Source: Octopus vulgaris (lineage: Eukaryota). From it: a stretch of DNA of 64,000 nt. Below, piece after piece: positions 27,601 to 40,280 of this stretch (position 1 is the first letter of the stretch; each line of letters starts with the position of its first letter). Where the stretch lies: the NCBI GenBank assembly GCA_951406725.2, contig OX597818.1, forward strand, positions 86,986,001 to 87,050,000, written 5' to 3'. The notes below the pieces were generated by a model, which was given only the letters and a program-made list of their open reading frames with translations, searched no databases and was not told the DNA's origin. The position numbers were made by a program, and so were the translations under genes.

Positions 27601-27994
27601 TGTTCATTTTTGTATGTATGTACGAATAGGTGTATATATATATATATATATATTTTTTGTGTATATATATTTGTATGTATAAATACACATTGTTTGGGAG
27701 TGAATATAGAATTGCTATTGGGTCATTAATACTGTTTGTTGTTGCTTTGTCTTTTTTTGTTGTATATTTTATTTTTATTCATTTACTTATCCATTTGTTT
27801 CCTTCTGCCCCACTCCGCTCACCTACCCTGCCACCCCTGCCCCTAGTTAATTATAATGATATATTATGTGAACTACATTTGCTTAATAGCGTTGAAGTTT
27901 GGGAAAGTTAGAGAGACTGTTTGATATAAACCTATCGTGAAAAATATTTTAAATGAATTTTATTGTCACAACGTATTGATCTCGTATCGATTTT

Positions 27995-28410
27995 CTAGCA
28001 GCAGTAGTGGTAGTGATGGTGGCGGTGGTAGTAGTGATGATATTGATGGTGGTGGTAGCAGTGGTGGTGGTAGCAGTGGTGGTGGTGCCGGTGAAGTTGG
28101 TGGAATGGCTGTAGTGATAGTGGAGAAGGTGGTGATGGTTGTAGTGAAGGTGGTGGTAGTAGTAGTGGTGATGGTGGCGGTAGTGATAGTAGTAGTGAGG
28201 TGGTGGTGGTGGTGGTAGTAGTGATGATGGTAATAGCAGTGATGGTAGTAGTGGTGTTGGTGGTGAAGTTGGTGGAATGGCAGTTGTGATAGTGGAGAAG
28301 GTGGTGATGTTTGTAGTGGAGATGGTGGTAGTAGGAGTAGTGGTGATGGTGGTGGTAGTGATAGTAGTAGTGAGGTTGTGGGGGTGGTAGTAGTAGTTGT
28401 AGTAGTGGTA
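27995..28410. repeat. (GGT/AGT)n tract with a ~170-bp higher-order duplication
   Basis: GGTGAAGTTGGTGGAATGGC...GATAGTGGAGAAGGTGGTGATG occurs at about 28090 and about 28262. Confidence 0.8.
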
Positions 28411-28762
28411 TATTTGACCTGTAAGCTATAATTTGGATCATTAACTACGAAGTGACATCCAGCTGTTACAAAAAACCATGCACACAAACAAAAGAAAAGA
28501 ATGGAAAAAGTAAAACAAACAAAATGCTTCCTGACATCTGTGTATGATGTAATAGTATTGATGTGGTGGCCATATTAGAAGTGGTTGTGGTGCTGGTAAT
28601 GGTGGTGGTAGTAGTAGTAGCAGCAGCAGCGGTAGAGCTATGTTAGTATCATTATCGGCCCCTGGGCAAATTATTGCACTGGGCCCTGTAATATTTTTTT
28701 TTCATCTAGTTTCAGCTCATGAGCTGTGGCCATGCTGGGGCACCACTATTTAAGTAACAAGC

Positions 28763-28834
28763 CTCCCTGGTGGGGAATCGTACCCCGGTCTCCCACGTGA
28801 CAGGCGGGGATACTTACCACTATACTACTGAGGA
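28763..28834 (-). pseudogene. tRNA-Asp(GTC)-derived pseudogene / SINE head
   Basis: Minus strand TCCTCAGTAGTATAGTGGTAAGTATCCCCGCCTGTCACGTGGGAGACCGGGGTACGATTCCCCACCAGGGAG is nearly a canonical metazoan tRNA-Asp. It has two acceptor-stem mismatches, one T-stem mismatch and TAC instead of TTC in the T loop. Confidence 0.88.
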
Positions 28835-30272
28835 TATACTGTTTATTGAACAGCAAACCACAGCAGAAATAGATCAGAAATGGGCCCCTAAATTCATGAG
28901 CCCCGCTGGTCAATTGTTCAGTGTGCCCATGCCTTAAGATGGCACTGCACACCAGTGGTTGTTGTGGTGGTAGAGGTGGTGGTGTTGAGTACGTGATGGT
29001 TGTATAGAATATTTATTGTAATTATGGTATGTGCTACAGTGGTGATTTATTGCTGTGTGGGTGGTGGTGTTAGTGGGGTGGTTGACTGTGGCGTGATCCT
29101 GATGGTAATGCTGTGGGTCTTGGTGGAGGGTGGTGCTAAGTCGATCAAAGATATTATTGATTGCTTGTGTTAAAACTTTCCAAAACATTTTGTATTTTTG
29201 TATTTGTTGCATTAGTGGTATGATGAAATATTGGTGTCATTTGGTGACATGGTTTCATATCACCATGGCAACATCACCAGTTTTTTTTTTTTTTACACAC
29301 ATCATCATCATCATTACCATCACTACCATTGTTTTCATATCAACTACTTTTTCCTGTGCTTGTATGGGTTAGACAGAATTCATTAAGGCAGATTTTCTTA
29401 TTTTTGTATTGCCCACAAGGCGCTAAACATAGAGGGGACAAACAAGGACAGACAAAGGGATTAAGTCGATTACATCGACCCCAGTGTGTAACCGGCACTT
29501 AATTTATCCACCCCGAAAGGATGAAAGGCAAAGTCGACTTTGGCGGAATTTGAATTCAGAACGTAATGGCAGATGAAATGTTGATAAGCATTTCACCCGG
29601 CGCGCTAAGCTAACGCTTCCACCAGAAACTCCATGTCTTAAAGCAAACTAAATAAAATCATTCCTTCAAAATTTTACTTTATGTTCCAAACACTGGCTTG
29701 ACCCTTTAGCATTTAAACTGGCCATATCCAGCTTTAATATTCTACCTGTTTTATTATTAAACTGGTCTGATCTGGCCTCTCACACCTACCTTACAATGTC
29801 ATTTTAAAAAACAATCACATTATCAAAATCTCAAGGCTACAAGATAATGGATGATTAATTCAAAATAATATGACCAAATAAGCATTACCGTTGATGGATA
29901 ATTTGAATGTTGATGGGTTAATTATGACAGTTATTTTATATAATTCTTTGTCGTCTTCAAAATTAGTTGGCAAAAAATGGCTGTATTTCAACAGAAATAT
30001 GTCAGTGAAAAGCATCCAACTGTAGAAACCTTGTCAAAGCAGAGAATGGCACTTGTTGCAATCCTATGGCATGTCAGTTCCTGTTGAACTATCTCACCCA
30101 TGCCAACATGGAAAAGAAGACATTTAACGATGACCATGATGATAGCTTGTCACTTACAAGTGACCAGTATATATATATATATATATATATGAATATATAC
30201 CTGGCATTTGCCATGATAGATCGCTAGCCACTACACATTCTTTATTTTCTCTCCTTGTTTCTTTCTGTGTTC

Positions 30273-30308
30273 CTTTCTGTGGAAGAGCATAGGCTCGAAA
30301 CATTAAAG
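30273..30308 (+). ncRNA. Variant or decayed minimal hammerhead motif
   Basis: CUUU-CUGUGGA-A-GAGC(auag)GCUC-GAAAC-AUU-AAAG. A related, more decayed copy lies on the minus strand at about 3337-3372. Confidence 0.5.
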
Positions 30309-30420
30309 ACTTTTTCACTTCCCAAGTGTTATACTAATACATCTGTTTGCTGTCTACACCACCTGTCTTTGTCTTTTGGGGTTTTTTTGTGAATTCTCCC
30401 CCAATATATGTATATATATA

Positions 30421-30735
<315 letters not shown>

Positions 30736-30985
30736 TCATCATTTGTCCATCTTCCTTGCTGGCATAGATTGGAAGGTTCGACAAGAACTAGCAAGCCAGA
30801 GAGCTTCACTAGGCTCCAGTGGTCTGCTTTGGTATAGTTTCTATGGTTGGATGCACTTCTTGATGCTAACTAACCACTTTACAGAGTTTACTTGATGCCT
30901 TTTATGTGGCACCAACATTGTTGCTTTTTATGTGGCACCGTATAGATTAAGGTTAGCTAATGAAAAAAGACGTTGAGATGCTTTT

Positions 30986-31240
30986 GGAGGCACATGGCTT
31001 AGTGGTTAGGGTGTTAGCACCATGATCATAAGATTGTAGTTTCGATTCCTGGACCAGGCGACGCGTTGTGTTCTTGAGCAAAACGCTTCATTTCACGTTG
31101 CTCCAGTCCACTCAGCTGGCAAAAATGAGTAACGCTGCAATGGACTGGCGTCCTGTCCAGCTGGGGAACGCATATGCCATAGAAACCTGGAAACCGGGCC
31201 CATGAGCCTGGCTAGGCTTTAAAAGGGTGCATTTATTTTT
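30986..31240 (+). mobile_element. tRNA-derived SINE with CORE-like and V-domain-like segments
   Basis: TGGCTTAGTGG, GTTTCGATTCC, GTGTTCTTGAGCAAAAC and ATGGACTGGCGTCCTGTCCAG. The tail resembles that of the 445-724 element. Confidence 0.7.
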
Positions 31241-32209
31241 TGTAATGAAAAAAGAAAGCAACAGCAAAAGCTGGCTTTCCATCACTTAAGGTGATGTATG
31301 TTCCAGTTGATCTGATCAATGGATACCTGCGCATACATTTTATTTTTAAATATATCTTGGTGTTCATCCAGCTATTTGCACTCATCCACTGAGCATGAGC
31401 ACAAATATCTTGAAACTCTACGGTCTGGTGGTCTTCTGGCTGGAAGATGGTAGTGTTTCGCTCCCCTGCTTGCAATATATATCGGGTACAAACTGCATTG
31501 AATAACCATCTGGAGGAGGCATCCTCCTGGGGTTCAAATGGTAGTAATATCGGTTCCTATAAAAAAGTCATGTTGAAGTGGCAATAAGTATTACATCTCT
31601 GTATAGTTACTACTTTCATCTCATAGAAATTTTCTAACTTGCTAATTTGTTTGTTACACACACACACAGAGAAAGAGAAAGAGAGAGAGATTGAAAGAAA
31701 GATAGATAATTTGGGTTTTCCCCCAGTTTATACTAAGAGATATTATTTACCAGTTGGTGGATATCTCCATCAATGCTAACAGATATTTCAGTTTTTCACC
31801 ACAAACAAAACTATTTTACCTCCTATTTATGAAGGTATTCGCCTATTTTCCCTCTTCTTCGAGGTTTTCCTTCCATTATCTGTTGTGTCTACTTACAGAT
31901 AACATATCAGGGATGCATCTTACTGAAGTTTGGCTCTATTTGTTCCCTTGATATAGCAGTCACGTTACCCCACCCCTCCGTTCCCTCTGTAAATAAATAA
32001 ATGAATAAAAAGAAAAAGAAGATAAATAATGAAATAAAGATGGCAGCTGGGTAGAACCAGATCTAAATTTGACTTCAAAAATCTTCCATTTTGTTTACCC
32101 CACATCTACAAAATTTTTGCAAATTCCTCAAATGTTGTTGATGAATTAGTAAAGATTTTTGGTATGTTGGTAACCTTTTTGTTATTTCTTTCCAAAATCT
32201 GACATTTAA

Positions 32210-32211
<2 letters not shown>

Positions 32212-32270
<59 letters not shown>

Positions 32271-32511
32271 AAACAAACATGAGTGTGTATATATGTAAAC
32301 ATACATGTGTGTACATGTTTATGTGTGTGTCTATGTGTACATATGTGCGTATGTGTGTGTGTATATATGTGTATATATACATATGTGTGTATGTGTATAT
32401 ATGTATGTACATATATGTGTGTGTGTATATATATATATATATATGTGCGTATATATATGTGTATGTATATATATATATGTGTATGTATATATATATATAT
32501 ATATGTGTATG

Positions 32512-32544
<33 letters not shown>

Positions 32545-32965
32545 ATGTATATATGTGTATATATGTGTGTGTGTATGTATATATGTGTATATATGTGTGT
32601 GTGTATGTATATATGTGTATGTGTATATATGTGTGTGTGTATGTATATATGTGTATATATGTGTGTGTGTATGTATATATGTGTATATATATGTGTGTGT
32701 ATGTATATATGTGTATATATATGTGTGTGTATGTATATATGTGTATATATATACGTATGTATATATATATATGTGTGTATGTGTGTGTTTGTATGTATAT
32801 AAATATGTATATGTGTGTGTGTATAAATATATGTATATATATATGTTTGTGTATGTATGTGTGTGTGTATATATATATATATATGTTTGTGTGTGTAAAT
32901 ATATATATATATACATATAAAATTTGTTTATATGCATATACACTTGAATGTGTGTATATATGTAT
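32212..32965. repeat. Compound (TA)/(TG) minisatellite
   Basis: About 750 bp of purine-pyrimidine alternation with a ~24-bp higher-order unit. Confidence 0.9.
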
Positions 32966-33623
32966 GTAAATGCGTAAAAATGAACAACAGGGAGAGTAAG
33001 TGCTCAATACCAAAAGTAGAGTTATATAACTTACCAGAAGCTGAAACTCAACAAATTGTTATCCTTTCAGCTCCATTCCATTCACAGATTTAAAAGACAT
33101 GTTGTCTTTGATGTCATATGGAACTCTGTGTTATTCTTTTAGAAAATTCTTGAAACAACAACAACAAAAATAATATTATTAATAATAATAATAATAAGTG
33201 ACTGCCTGTTTTACATGTGAAAATGAATGATAAAAACAAAGAAGGGTTTATCTGATTTTTATCTAGGGTGTAGGAGTTATAAATAAGGTATTCTTTGTAA
33301 ACCCCACCTTCAAAGGAAAGGAGTAAATGCCAAGAATTTGGAGCAACAATCTTCAAAAAGAAATTCTTGATACATTCCAGTAAAAGCCCTTTTTGTTTTT
33401 CGTATTTCCAGTTTCTGAGATTCTAGCCTGTCTTCCACCCCACCCCTCCAACCCCACCTAAACATCTTCATCAATGATTCTTTTTAGGAACAGTGATTCT
33501 TGAAGCAAATGTAGCTATAAATGGTAGCATGTAGATATTGAGATACAAACCCTTTGGTTAGAAAAAGTTAAAGGCTTTGTGTGTGTTTGTTTGTTTGTGT
33601 CCCTTAGTCTTTCATATCTCTCC

Positions 33624-33687
<64 letters not shown>

Positions 33688-33734
33688 AACAAGTCAAGAT
33701 AGAAAATGCTAAAATAATTTTATAAAGAACATTT

Positions 33735-33772
33735 CAGTACCGGTTTCGGTCATTTTGAGACCTTTTCAACTG
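33735..33772 (-). ncRNA. Minimal hammerhead motif with a U3-A8 core variant
   Basis: CAG-UUGAAAA-GGUC(ucaaaau)GACC-GAAAC-CG-GUA^CUG. All three helices pair and stem III is the palindrome ACCGGU. Confidence 0.65.
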
Positions 33773-33897
33773 TAACAATTAAATTATCAAATTTATAAAA
33801 ATTAAAAGAAAAGTTTTTTTAAAGGAATAGTTGTATAGTGTTCAAATATAAGTGGCATTTTCCTTGTTTCTGCCTTTCTCTGTCTCTCTTGTTTACA

Positions 33898-33982
<85 letters not shown>

Positions 33983-34512
33983 AGGAGGTTTTTCCCTCTT
34001 TCTTAAAGGCTTGCATTACATTTGAGACAGTACTTTTTCATACACATGCAGTCTGGGTCAAATGCTTCTTTTGCCTGTCTCCACACGTATATCCGGCTGG
34101 CGGTCGGAAATAGGGTAAAGGCTGACTTGTCTCAGAAAATAATATTCTTCTACTGCTCTAGGGACCAATTCTGTAGGTTTTTACTCCACTCTAAACGCTT
34201 TTGAAAGTTGTGGTTTTTGAAAGTAGTGGTTTTCTGATTGCTGCCCTCCTGTGAAATCCGGCTTTGTGCAGCTCCTGGCTAACAGTTTTGGTGGAAACTG
34301 GGTTCTCAGGATGGTCATTAAGCTCTGCAGTAATTTAGGAAGCTGTACTTTTGTGATCCTTTCTTACAATTTGTGTAAGAGTCTGATGGCCCCTATCTGA
34401 ATGTTTTGGTTTTCTTCTGGAGTTTTGTTTCAACAAGGAGGTTTTTCCCTCTTTCTCAAAGGCTTGCATTACTTTTGAGACAGTACTTCTTCATACACCA
34501 AACATTTCGGCA
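33983..34512 (-). mobile_element. Tc1-family transposase pseudogene fragment
   Basis: Minus translation with stops: STVSKVMQAFEKEGKTS...ITAELN...VSTKTVSQELHKAGFHRRAAIRKPLLS...KRLEW...NW...IIF*DKS...YVWR. This covers the HTH region and the first catalytic Asp. Confidence 0.85.
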
Positions 34513-35231
34513 TGGCAAATAGACATTAACTGATGATGATGATAATGTCTCCACTTCTATTTCTATATTAGTTGTTAATCTCATAGCTTTGCAGTTACTC
34601 TAGTGACACTATATTTTTGTTTAAAAAAGCCAAGAAAAAACCCCACTGTATTAATGGTGGTGTTGTTGCTGTCCAACATTGTCCTAAATATTTGTCTCCT
34701 GTTCATAGGTTATGGTGAGATTTGAAGGAATTTTGACTGCTGTTTCTAGCAGGTTAAACAATAACAACAAAGATGTCCCCTACCTTTTAAGTAGTACAGA
34801 AAAGATTGAGAGAAAGAATATTTTTTTTAGCTGAGATCAGACATGTTTTTAGAGAAATTAGGTTGAAGTGATTCACACGTCCCATTTGCAGTGTCTTCAC
34901 ATTCCATAAAACATCGTCAACAACTGAATAAGCTGTGGTGTTTAATTAGAGTTAATTAAAAGGACTAACTAAAGTTAGTAGAGATATAGTTATAATTGGG
35001 TGCAGCTGTCTGTCTGAAAATATTGAGGGACTCTTGTCACTAATGGACTATAACTGGAGTTGGTTGTGTTTAACTAGAGTCAGTGAAGCTGTCTGCCTAT
35101 AGTTATTGAAAGACTCTGGTTAGCAAAGGTTTCTTGTTGGGATCAGTGATGTCTAGCTGGAGTCATTGGAAGATGGATCTAACTGGAATGGGCTGATAGT
35201 TCTATAATAATAAAAAATAATTATAATAAGG

Positions 35232-35671
35232 ATATGCTAATACACACAGGTAAAAAAAATTAAGGCTAATAGGCCGGATATAGTTGTCAGATCACCAAGA
35301 ATAAAAATGCTTTCTAATCAATATATCAATACAAACAGATGACAACATTTCTCTAAAAGAAATGGAGAAACTTTCAAAATACGAAGATCTGGAATAGTAG
35401 TAACTCAAATGTGGAGCCTAAAAACAAACAATTCCTCTTATAGTAGGTGCATTAGGTATGATAAAAAACATTCAGATAAAAACACCAGGACTTACAAGTA
35501 TATATAACATGCAGAAAATAGCACTACTAGGCACCACTGTACACATCTTACGTATAGTACTTTCAATACAATGAAAATAACAGCACCACAACAAATCACA
35601 GCACATACCCAAGTCACACAGAGCTGCACTCGGTAGTGCAGTGAAATTACTTGATAAAAATAAGACTACTG
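35232..35671 (+). mobile_element. R4/Dong-type 3' fragment, longer degraded copy
   Basis: Frameshifted IKANRPDIVV...EMEKLSKYEDL...IVGALGMI (PD-(D/E)xK restriction-like endonuclease region). Same 3' UTR as the 7191 copy and followed by (AAT)n. Confidence 0.8.
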
Positions 35672-35697
35672 AATAATAATAATAATAATAATAATAA

Positions 35698-36252
35698 ATG
35701 CCCTGATGCAGAACCAGGCAGTGGCTCTCGTGGCTTCTGATCTTAACTCATTGGAAGTGTTATCATGTACATTGTTTTGTCTTGGTATGAAAGATGGGCT
35801 ACAGCAAATATTCTGCTCAATGCCACAGATTTGCTTGTCAGTTGTTTGACCTTAACCAGTTGAGCATGTCCCTTAGTGGCTGATGATATGTGCATCACTG
35901 ATCATGAATAGAAGTAGTGGAGGAGCATCATAACCATGTTTTGAGAAGGATTTTTAGGGCTTGAATAATTCACCTCTGGAAACATGGGTGTTTTGTTCAA
36001 CATCCTTAAACAACCCTTATTCAGGGACCTTTTGAGCGAGATGGGTTACTCGACCAGAAGAAAATTCTAACTGGGCCCCACTTGCAAGGTCATGTGCTGT
36101 TTATCTTAATATGAGATCACCATATCGTGCACATATGGTTGTGATGCATGTGCCTGGTGTACCCTTATCAGACGGGTAGTCATGATGGATATAGTGGGCT
36201 TTGCATATTTTACCCCAGTGTCACTTTGATGGCATGCACTGCTCTCTCACTC
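35698..36252 (+). mobile_element. Non-coding (TAA)n-embedded retroelement, about 555 bp
   Basis: Flanked by TAA repeats. Its 3' ~180 bp recur in reverse orientation at 12991-13170, again abutting a TAA/ATT tract. Confidence 0.65.
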
Positions 36253-37574
36253 AATTATAATAATAATAGTAATGCTTTGAAATTTTGGCACAAGGGCAGC
36301 CATTTTAGGGAAGAAGTAAAGTGATTATATCAACCCCAGTGCTTGATTGGTACTTTATTTTGTTAACTCTAAAGGATGAAAGGCAAAGTCTACCTTGGCG
36401 TAATCATAACAACAATTGTGATAAGGAATTTTTGACACTGGTACAATACTTGAAATGGGGGGGTAAGCATTAGGTTTTGAACTGACCTACGTGACAGATG
36501 ACAGATATCCATTGAGATGACCATGAGTAAGTATGATGAAATACTAAGAGACGTTTTCACAGCTGTTCTGTTAATTGTGTCATCTACCATTTTAGAAACC
36601 GCTCCATTCTAACAACAATAATAATGGTAATGATTTTTTTAATGTTGGCACAATGCCATCAATGTGTGGGAAGGAAAACAGTCAGTTGTTTGAAATTCCA
36701 GAACTTTTGTGCTGCTTATTTTATTAACTTTCTTATTTTAGGATCAAATATACAACACGCAAGTGTGCGCGCATGCACACTCACACACAAACACATGTGT
36801 ATATATATATATATATATATATACATACATACATACATACATATACACACATATAAACACTCATGCAGTATCTCTCCCTCTCTTTCTTTCTCTCTCTCTC
36901 TCTCTCTTTATATATATATATATAATATAATCTTCCTGTATTTGTCATACCTGATATTTTGACGTTTGTTTACACCTGGCATATTTATTTTAGTATTCTT
37001 GCTTCTTGTTCTACCTGTTAGTTTGCTACACCTGTGGTACAAGTTATTTTGATGTACTACCTGTTAATTTGCTATACCTGTGGTACACCTTATTTTGGTA
37101 TGCTACCTGTTATATTTGATGTGAAGGGACTACAACTGTGTTGCACTTAATTTTCAGTGCTCTACCTGTTAGTTTTTTATACCTGTAGCACAAGTTTTGA
37201 TGTTGTACCTGTTATTTTTTTCCTAAACACCTGTAGTACAAGTTACATCGATGTTCTTCCTACCTGTTATTATATTCCTCCTTCAGTACAGTTTATTTTG
37301 ATATCCTGCTTGTTAGTTGCCTACTGTGGGTGCAGTGTGGCTGAATGGTTAAGATGTTCATTTTGCAACCACAAAGCCATGGGTTCAGTCCCACTGCTTG
37401 GCACCTTTTATCTTTTACTTGTTTCAGTCATTAGACTGTGGCCTTACTGGAGCACCACCTTGAGGAAGTTTAGCCTCAGTACTTATTTTCTTTTCAAGCC
37501 TTGTACATATTCTATTGGTTTCTTTTTCCAAACTGCTAAGTTATAGGGACATAGACACACAAACACAAAAATGA

Positions 37575-37912
37575 AGGCGCATGGCTCAGTGGTTAGAACG
37601 TCGAGCTTATGATCATGAAGTTTGAGTTTGAATCCCAGAACGGGCTGCATGTTATGTTCTTGAGCAAGACACTTTATTTCATGTTGCTCCAGTTCACTCA
37701 GCTGTAGAAATGAGTTGCGACGTCACAGGTGCCAAGCTGTATCTGCTGTTGCCTTTCCCTTGGATAACACTGGTGGTGTGGAGAAGGGAGGCCGGTATGC
37801 ATGGGCGATTGCTGGTCTTCCATAAACATACGACAAACTTGCTCGGACTTGTGTCTGGGAGGGTAATTTTCTAGGTGCAATCCCACGGTCAGTCATGACC
37901 GAAGGGGGTCTC
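37575..37912 (+). mobile_element. tRNA-derived SINE with a CORE-like segment
   Basis: TGGCTCAGTGG head and TGTTCTTGAGCAAGACACTT; the 5' half is shared with the 30986 element but the tail differs. Confidence 0.65.
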
Positions 37913-38061
37913 AGTGTTCTGTGTTCAAATTCTGCTGAGGTTAACTTGGCCTTTCATCCTTTCAGGATTGAAGAAATAAGTACCAGTGGAATACTGGGGT
38001 TAATGTAATTGACTAGACCCCCTCCCCTAAGATTTCAGGCCTTGTGCCTATAATAGAAAGG

Positions 38062-38115
<54 letters not shown>

Positions 38116-38409
38116 TCCTGATATTTACAGGTACATATTTTTCCCTTTTTACCTTGTTTTCTCCCTGTTCTCAAGAGGTGGGGACAAGGAGAAGCCGTTG
38201 GTAGGGATGAGCTGAAGGAATTTCTCGAGAATGTGACAATGTGATTAGTAATGGAACAAGTATTTCTGTAGACATTCCTCATGATGTGGAATGTCTTTAG
38301 AAATGTGAAGAATGCATTTCTAAGGGGTTCATTGTTGTATAATTAGGGCGGGGACACTGTTGGGGAAAGTAGGGGAGTGACTGTCGTTCTTTCTTACAGC
38401 ATAGTTCTC

Positions 38410-38791
38410 TGTGTGTGTGTGTATGTGTGTTTGTGCGTGTTGTATTCTTATTCATACAGGAGGTTATGTGCATGAATGCTTGTGTGTGTGTGTGTGTGTT
38501 TGTGCATGTGTGCATCTGTACGTGATCTATGTTTGCACATGCTGTATGTGTACATGTGCTTTGTATATATTTGTACCTGCTGTGTGTGTTTGCATTTGTA
38601 TGTATTGTGTGTGTGTGTGTGTATGTGTGAACCTTTTGTATGTATGGTATGGTATGTGTACGCATTCACACATACTGTAGCGTATGTGTGCACGTATATA
38701 TGCATGTTTGTATATGAATATATGTGTTTGTGTATGTCTGCACGTTTGCACATGTTCCATGTGTATGTGTTTATATGTACATTTGTATGAG

Positions 38792-38822
<31 letters not shown>

Positions 38823-39385
38823 GCAGTTTTATGCTGTGTGTGTGTATGTACACTTGTGCCATGAGTGTGGTGTGTGTATATATCTATATATATATATATA
38901 GATATTGTGTGTGTGTGTGTATATATGCATATTTAAGTGAATGTATGTGTGTATGTGATTGTATGTTTGCGTGTATATATATGTATAGACCTTAGTATTA
39001 TGGGTGTGTGTATATGCATGTTTATGTGAATGTGTGTATGGCTATTTGTGTATGTCTCCGTGTACACATGCACACGCAAACATTTATGCCATGATTGTGT
39101 TTACGCCTGTTTGTACGTGAATGCATGCATGCATACGTACACGTTTGCAGGCATACACTTGTTATCTGGTGCAGGTGCTTGTGCACTCATTTGCAGGAAT
39201 GCATGCAGGCTTGCAGGTGTAGCATGATCAGTGTATTTTTTTTATATTTGCATGTGTGCATGCATTTGTTTGCAGATGTGTGTGTGTGAATGTGTGCATA
39301 GTATTTGTCAGTAAGTTTGTTTGCATTTGCATGTTTAGCATATGTTTGTTTCCTCAGAGGTGTGTGTGTGTGTGTGAATGTATGT
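38410..39385. repeat. TG-rich degenerate microsatellite region
   Basis: Degenerate TG/TATG repeats. Confidence 0.85.
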
Positions 39386-39870
39386 GATCACTTCCATTGT
39401 CTATATTTATGAATGAACCAATAGTGGGTGCCTCAACCTGATCCATTGAGCTACAAGAAATAGTAACCAAATCTCCCTCAAATTACACTGCACAAATCTC
39501 TCTCCCTGTAGAGTTTTCTCTGTCAAACTCAACCACAAGGTATTATTATTAAACACATGCACCCAAGGTGCTGCTGCCACACACTGGGATTGAACCCAAA
39601 TTTTTCATTAATTATATAATTGCATTTCTGTGGCAAGCTAGCAGAAACGTTAGCACGCCATACGAAATGCGTAGCCCTATTTTGTCTGTCGTTACGTTCC
39701 GAGTTCAAATTCCGCCGAGGTCGACTTTGCCTTTCATCCTTTTGGGGGTCGATAAATTAAGTACCAGTTACGCACTGGGGGTCGATGTAATCGACTTAAT
39801 CCATTTGTCTATCCTTGTTTGTCCCCTCTGTGTTTAGCCCCTTGTGGGTAGTAAATAAATATATATAATT

Positions 39871-39920
<50 letters not shown>

Positions 39921-40126
39921 TAGAATAAGGTGTACGTTCGCTGCAATAATATATTTATAAAAGTACAAAATGGGACAAGAACACAAAACATTCAAATAGC
40001 CAAAATTGCGAGGATGATCCGGTTCTTGACTGAAGATTAGAGGCTTCGAATGACCCGTCCGTTTTTTGTATCATCTATTTGAATGTTTTGCATTCTTGTC
40101 CCATTTTGTATTTATATATATAAATA

Positions 40127-40280
40127 ATAATTTAGGGTATCCAAGAGATACCTCCACGCTGGAAATAGCAGCCAAATCTTGACTCTAAAACCATATTAAA
40201 TGTTCATTTAATGTGGTTTTAGAGTCAACATTTGGCTGCTATTTCCAATGTGGAGGTATCTCTTAGATACCCTAAATTAT
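40127..40280. repeat. Near-perfect palindrome, 76-bp arms, 2-nt loop
   Basis: Arms 40127-40202 and 40205-40280 with 5 mismatches by manual alignment. Confidence 0.92.

Noticed and set aside
28763-28834. Functional tRNA-Asp gene
   Set aside because: Acceptor and T-stem mismatches, a mutated B box, and fusion to a SINE tail.
31233-31560. Complex-looking minus-strand open frame (EPILLPFEPQEDASSRWLFNAV...)
   Set aside because: No recognisable domain or convincing splice sites; cannot be assigned without a search.
32075-33013. 312-aa and other ORFs in several frames
   Set aside because: TA/TG minisatellite artefact.
40020-40060. CTGAAGA as a hammerhead core inside the inverted repeat
   Set aside because: No following stem II-GAAA or matching stem I.
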